A DNA stretch of 54,473 bases, counting the filler, from Jimgerdemannia flammicorona (lineage: Eukaryota): the NCBI GenBank assembly GCA_003990765.1. It is 3 parts of 3 records of this genome, joined end to end, with 100 filler letters (N's around TTAATTAATTAA, not from the genome) between each part and the next. Parts side by side here need not be neighbours in the genome. Positions count along the whole stretch, not along the records: positions 36,384 to 54,473 come from RBNJ01002310.1; 2 more parts are not named here. One strand, given 5' to 3'. Positions 48,329 through 54,473 of this stretch are shown one piece after another. The first letter of the stretch is position 1. Each line of letters starts with the position of its first letter. The position numbers were made by a program, and so were the translations under genes. The notes under the pieces are model-generated. The model was not told where the DNA came from. It saw only the letters and a program-made list of their open reading frames with translations, and made no database searches.

Positions 48329-50666
48329 GAAGTTCCTGAGGGGTTTAGAAGGGGTGGAGGTGGACTTCAAAGAGGCTGAGCCATTGAAGGCTGTGATGAA
48401 GGGGGGGCTGATGGTTGGGGAGGTGTATGTTCTGATGGCATAATACTTGAGGTAGGACCCTAGGGTAGTATAACTTCTGGTGAAAGGAGTACCCATGGTG
48501 ATAGCTATGGAGATGAGGAGGAGAGTGGAGGAGGTCATGGCTGAGTATAGGGAGGTGATTGATATTGGGTTTTGAGTTTGAGAAGAGACCTCTTTCAGGA
48601 CAGAGAATGTTGATATCCAGATTTGACTGGCCAGGAGGAAGGCTATTGAGAAGACTCATGATTGGCTGACAGTGATGATATGGGGGGCCTTCATGTATAA
48701 GGTGATAAGGGTGAAGAGAAGTAAGAAGGAGGAGGAAGATTTGTTGGAGATGCTGAAGAAGCTGAGTAATACTGTAGAGTAGAGAACAAAGATCTAGAAA
48801 GCTTATGTGAGATTGATGCACTTGGAGATAGTAGATGAGAAGCATATTCACATTGATAAGGGGCTATGAGAGAGGTCCCAAGGATGCAAGAGGTAGAGAG
48901 AGCTGCTGGCAAACTTGGAAGAGAAGGTGAAGAAGGATGCTGGTAGTATGGAGGACTCTGGGGGTACCAAGGTGAGTGTCTGAGTAGGCAAGAGAGGAGG
49001 GAATGTGGAGAAGAGACTAGTGAAGGCCAGAAAGGTACTGAGCAATAACCTATATATGAATAGTATATTTGAAGTCTGGGAGAACACTCCTTTTTATCAG
49101 AAGAGGTCCAGTCTTAAGAGGTAGAGAGGCAGAGAATGTACCAATGTGAGGGGTCCAGTGAGTATACTTTGGAGTCTCCATAGTTGAAAAAGAGGGTCTG
49201 ATAGTAGCAGCAAGTGAGAAAGAACTAGTGGATATCCCTGATGAGGAGTTGGATAAGACTGCAAGTGTAGGGACAGATACTTCAATACTGAAGAAGGAGA
49301 GACCAGTGATACTAGGTGGAAAGGAGGTGGGAAACTTATAGTAAATATGTCAGATGATAAATAACTTGACAGTTGAGGAGTTAGGGGAAGTGGACCTAAG
49401 AGTGCTTAGTGATGATCAATGAGTATAGATCTTGTGAGATAATAAAGTGGTTGAGGCCCTGAAGATGGAGGTACTTACAGTACTCTTGGAAGAGGAAGAA
49501 TATGAGGTTAACAAGATGAGAGAGGCAGAGCTGGCAACTTTTGCTGAAGAGAGAGTTGCCCTCTGGTAGATGGAGAGACATAGATTGTAGCTTTGACAGA
49601 AAGTTTGCTTGGAGTATTGTGAGAACTTTGAGAAAAAAGAGAATGAAGAGCTAGTAGTACTAATGGTAGAATTGGAGACTAAGAGGGTCAAAGAGATAGA
49701 AGTATCTACTGAATATGATTTGGACTTAGTGCAGGAGGAGATAATGGTGGAGCTATAGAGAGTGTATATAACTTTTAACATTTCTTCCTATGAATAGTAT
49801 AACTAATATTTTTCTTTGAATATAAATAGACTGTAGAGATCAGTATAATAATATAATATTTTTACTTGGCTAAAGAGATTGGAGGCTGATCTCTTTCTAT
49901 TACAGTATATTAGATGTGAGGATAACTAGGATAGTCTAGATTGAACAAAGAAATAGGAAGGAGAGGTAGTATAGAAAGATAAGATTGGGATTCTGGTTTG
50001 GAGAGGTAGAGGAGAGATACATATATAATGTGGAGAGCTAGGAAGATTGGCTGGTGTGGGGAGAGTGGAGTCAACTAGATTGGGTACTAGTTATAGTAGG
50101 TTCTTGCTATAGCTCTGCTGTAAGGGTGAGAGAATGGAGTGGGTAAAAGGGCTTTATGAGAGTAGAGTTCTTATAGAGGTCAGAGTGGACATTCTTAGAG
50201 GAGACTTTAATATAGTCTGGGATATACTGGTGGATAGGATGGATAGAGAGTGGGGGGCTGAGTGTAGGAGTGGGGGCTTAGTGATATGAGAGGATGTGGA
50301 AAGGCTGAGCTCTCTGGTAGATACTGGAAGAAGATTCTGGGGAGATAGAAGAATATATATATACTGGGCAAATGGTCTGGAGATGAGAATTGACTGAGTG
50401 CTGACAGTGGACTGCTGGGGTCTGGATGTTTGGAAGGTACTAGAGACTGAGTGGTATCTGTGATCTAATTATTAGAAGTTATTGGGACAAAGTCATTTTG
50501 GAGGGAGTGGAGATAGGCCTGGATATTGGTACCTCAACTCCTCTTTGCTGGCTGAGAAGGCATTGTGAGACAAGTGGGTTGAGGATATTTAGTGAAGAGT
50601 GGAGGGCTGGATATAAGAGGGTACTCCTATTGGTGTCTGGTGGATATGGTTGAAGGAGACTGCTAA
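48327..50666 (+). mobile_element. Older 5'-truncated L1-like non-LTR retrotransposon (ORF1 3' part plus APE endonuclease), hypermutated
   Basis: Collinear with ~51328-53470; ORF2 start ATGAATAGTATAACT at 49790; ILRGDFN and MRID motifs; many stops. Confidence 0.88.
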
Positions 50667-53600
50667 CACCTTTCTCCGGTAACATTCAGGTTACACAATC
50701 TTTTGGCAACACTTTTGACACAGTTTCTGGAGAAAAGCTACTAGTATCATGGCAACCAATGAGCATCCGAAGGTGCGTACTGGGCAGGGTGGCCCTGGAG
50801 CATTTGAATGGCAGCAAGTGGGGAGAGGCCCCGGCTTGAGAGAAAGTATGAGGGGCCTACTGGCAGGAGGCCATGGTGGAGGAGGGAGAGGAGCTGGAGG
50901 TCAAGGGTCTGGCAGGGTGAGTTTTGTGGAGAAGGTGAAGGGGGGTTGGCAGGGAGCTGGACTGAAGAGCTGGCTGAGAGGGGGGAAGGTACCAGTGAAG
51001 GCTACCAGGCAGCAACCTCTTGGGAGTTCCTCTCTGGAGGGCCATAGGGGTAGAGCTGGGGGGGTAGTGGCTGGGGCAGGGACTGCTGATGGGGGTGTGA
51101 TAGGTGATCTGGAAAAAAATCTAGATGGGACTGCTGATGGTGAGCCGAGCAGTGGGAAGGGCACAAGGCCCAGGGACCTGGTGGATGGTGTAACAGGACT
51201 GGTGGTGGCTCTGTTACTCAAGAAGTCAATCTCAGTATTCGCAGTCACACTGTGCTTCTGGGGCTTAGCGGTGATGGCGAAAATGGTGTTGGGGCTTATC
51301 GCTAAGCAGATGGCAGGAGCAGCCTCAGTGAAGTTTCTGAAGGGGCTGGAGGGGGTAGAGGTAGGTTTTGAGGAGGTTGAACTACTGGAGGAGGCACTGA
51401 AGGTTGGGCTGGTGGTTGGGGAGGTGTGTGTGCCAATGGCAAGGTATTTGAAATGGGATCCGAGGGTGGTCCAACTGCTAGTGAAAAGAGTTCCCACAGT
51501 AACAGTGATGGAGACAAGGAAGAGAGTGGAGGATGTCATGGCGGAGTATGGAGAGGTGGTGGATATCGGATTCCGGGTCTGGGAAGGGACCATGCTCAGG
51601 ACTGGTGACGTGGATGTGAGGATTCAGCTGGCTGGGAAAGAGGCTACTGAGAAGATGAGGGACTGGCCTTCAGTGATGGTTTGGGGAGCATTCCTGTGTA
51701 AGGTGACATGGGTGAAAGGAAGTAAAGAAGAGGAGGAGGATTTATTAGAAGCACTGGAGGAGCTGGATGGGGCTGTGGAACGGCGAGCTAAAGCCTGGAA
51801 GACTTTCGAGAAGTTGATGCACCTGGAGGTAGTGGATGGAAAGAGGATTCAAGTGAGCAAGGTGTAGTAGGAGAGGGCTCAGGGGTGGAAGAGGCAGAAG
51901 GATCTGCTGGCTAAACTGAGGGGTGGACCACAGAAGGATGTGAGCATGAAGACGGGTGCAGAAGGGGCTGGAGTGAGTATCTGGGCTGGTGAGAGGAGTG
52001 GGAATGATGGGGCAAAGACAGGGAAGGCAAACGAGGTGAAGAGTAGCGACCCATATACAGATGGCACCTTGGAGGTTTGGGATGAAGTCTGGGAGAACTC
52101 CCCCACCCCTTCCCCTCTTATCAGGCATGGCCCAGCTTCCAGGCGCAAGTCTGGGGAGGATGTGATGATGCTGGGGACCCAGCAGGTGAAATTCAGCATT
52201 CCGGAGGTAATGGATGGGGACCAAGTAGTGGCAGCCGGAGAGGAGGAACTGGTGGATGTCCCAGAGGTATGGGATGAGGACGTGAGTGCTGGAGCTGACA
52301 CCACAATGCTGGACAGAGGGAGGCTGGCAACTTCTGGTGGGAAGGAGGTGGGGAACCTACTTTGGATGTGCCGGATGATGAATAACCTGGTGGCAGAAGA
52401 GCTGGAGGAGGTGGACCTGCGTGGGATGGGGGACGAGCACTGGGCAAGAATTTTGCAGGGGGAAGGAGTGGTGATGGCACTGAAGGTGGAAATTCTTGCG
52501 GTATATCTAGAGGAGGAAGGGTATGAGGTGGATAAGGAGAGAGAGGCAGAGTTGGTAGTTGTCACTGGAGAGAAGGCTGAGTACTGTTGGAACAGGTGTC
52601 ATGGGTTACAGCTTTGGCAGGAGGCTTGTATTGAGTACAGAGAGGAGTTTGAGGAGAAGGCTGATGAGGAGATGAATGAGATGTTGGCTGAACTGGAGGC
52701 TCAGAGGGCTGAAGAGGTGGAGGTGAGGGCTGAACATAATCTGGATGTGGCACAGGAGGAGATGGGCATGGATCAATTGAGAACAAACCGTATTTCATTA
52801 TGAACAGTACAACTAACATTTTTTCTTTGAAAGTGAATGGGCTAAGGGACGTGGTTAGATGCAGGAATATTTTTACTTGGTTGAAGGGATTGGAGGCCAA
52901 TCTCTTCCTCTTGCAGGATGTCAGGTGCGAGGATGACTCTGATAGGATGGAATGGACTAAGGAATGGGGTGGCATGGTGATTTGGAATAGCAAGGTCGGG
53001 ATTCTGGTTCAGAAAGGCAGAGGAGAGATAAGGGATGTGAGGAGCTAGGGGGAGAGACTGGTCTGGGGTGAGTGGATTCATGCAGGTTGGGAGCCAGTCA
53101 CAGTTGGCTCCTGCTACAGCCCTGCTGTACGGGGGGAGTATGTGGATTGGGTGAAAGGGCTCCTGGAGAGTGAGATCCTGGCTGAAGCTGAGTTGGATAT
53201 GCTTGGCAGAGATTTCAATATGGTTCGGGATGTACGGCTGGATAGAACTGATGGAGGACAGGGTGCAGAGAGCAGGAGTGGGGGGCTGGTGGTGTGGGAG
53301 GAGGTCGAAAGGCTAGGGGCACTGGTGGATGCTGGTAGGGAGTACTGGGGAGACAGGAGGGTATATATGCATTGGGTTGGAGGTCTGGGGACAAGGATTG
53401 ACTGAATTCTGATGGCCGACTGCTGGGGGGGGGGGCTGGGTTCCCCTGCTGCAGAAGGTATGGGAGCAGTGGATATCACCAAGAGGCTTGATGGGTGATC
53501 TTCTTTCATTAGTTGGGCTTCAGAATACTGCACAACTGAGATATAAAGGCTTCTGGTGGGGGATAGCTGAGGGAGCACACCGCATTGGTATTCGCTGGCA

Positions 53601-54473
53601 AGGGGATGAGGGGGAGAGGGCTTGGGGCCTGGTGATGTGGAGATGGGATGGCATTCTTCTGAGTGGCATGCCTTTACTTGAGTTCGACATCAGTGATGGG
53701 ATTGAATGCCAAAGGGGACCAGGCCAAGATCTGTGGCCTAGTGGTTGGCAAGGAGTTGGAATTGGTGAGGAGTGGGACTGGCATGAGGTTTGGACATGGA
53801 GTGCCGCAGTGAAAAATTGGATGCCACCGAAGTACTGGGTGGTCTGGTGGCGCGTACTGAGGAGGAATGTGATGCTCAACTTCCGGTCAGGACACCTTGT
53901 TGTTGGGGGCTGCTTTGACTACAAGGAGTACCATAATGTAGGGCAGGAAGGGGGATTTGTACAGATGCCTGAACATTGGCTAGGGGAGTGTGAGGTATTG
54001 GGAGACTTTTGGCGGGCCATTGGGGACTACTTGGGGGTAAGGCGTAGGGGTGATGAGGTACGGGGGAGGTGAGAGGACCTGAGGGATCAATTGATAGGAG
54101 GGGTAAGGGTGGAGTATATTACTCTAGGCTGGGCATTGGCTATTTGGGTTGGGCTGGCCAGTCACTGGCTATTTGTATTCGAGGAGGAAAGGCAATAGGG
54201 CTTAGGGAGCAGGTTATCATAGTGGCAGTGCCTTATGGAGGATACCTTGACAGGCTGGTGGCTTGGTTGGGGGCTGCAGGGGGGTCGGAGACGCCACTTG
54301 GTAGTGAAAATCTATGGTCAGAGTGGTGAGAGAGTTGGAGTTATTGGGGAGAGGGTGGTCTTTATACGTGAAGAGGTGGGGAGGGGCCCCCCAGTGGGGA
54401 TTGGATAGTGGGTGGTAATATTGTATATTTATTCATAGACTGGTAATAAAGACGGAGTCCAAGGGACTATAAA
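50667..54473 (+). mobile_element. Younger L1/Tx1-like non-LTR retrotransposon with no visible reverse transcriptase
   Basis: ORF1 50749-52803 (RRM-like core; TAG-TAG at 51865-51870). ORF2 from 52800 has APE motifs VNGL, LLQD, CYSP, DFN and TRID, then runs into a C-terminal W..WR..C..H...C region. AATAAA lies near the 3' end and the strand is strongly G-rich. Confidence 0.88.

Noticed and set aside
47930..48379. Cys-rich metallothionein-like ORF on the plus strand
   Set aside because: Antisense reading of the minus-strand A/Q/G coding repeat.

Overview
Intron-rich fungal genomic DNA. The host is most likely an early-diverging Mucoromycota lineage (Endogonales-like); this is inferred from the CYP51 I-helix LFGGQHTS, an HxDLHxGN-type tyrosine-kinase-like gene, a GPI-PLD homolog and a LUD-domain gene. 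The window is three contigs joined by artificial 100-nt N/TTAATTAATTAA linkers at 18093-18192 and 36284-36383. Intact genes: two tandem MTHFR (MET13-like) paralogs with different intron sets, a secreted RlpA/expansin-like DPBB protein, a LUD (lactate-utilization) domain protein, a LaeA-like SAM methyltransferase, and CYP51 head-to-head with a class I glutamine amidotransferase. Decayed genes: a TKL kinase, a second LUD copy, a cohesin Scc3/STAG-like fragment, a GPI-PLD fragment, and a repeat plus HSP20-like gene cut by a LINE. Transposon blocks: a Ty3/gypsy element with a dUTPase and two extra ORFs 3' of integrase (one still open), a Ty1/copia relic, a second hypermutated gypsy, hAT-type foldback/MITE elements, solo LTRs and two nested L1-like LINEs. 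The strongest signals are graded, repeat-restricted C>T/G>A hypermutation including CpA>TpA (RIP-like) in an apparently non-Dikarya genome, and the dUTPase plus extra-ORF gypsy. All family calls are by motif recognition; no database searches were run.
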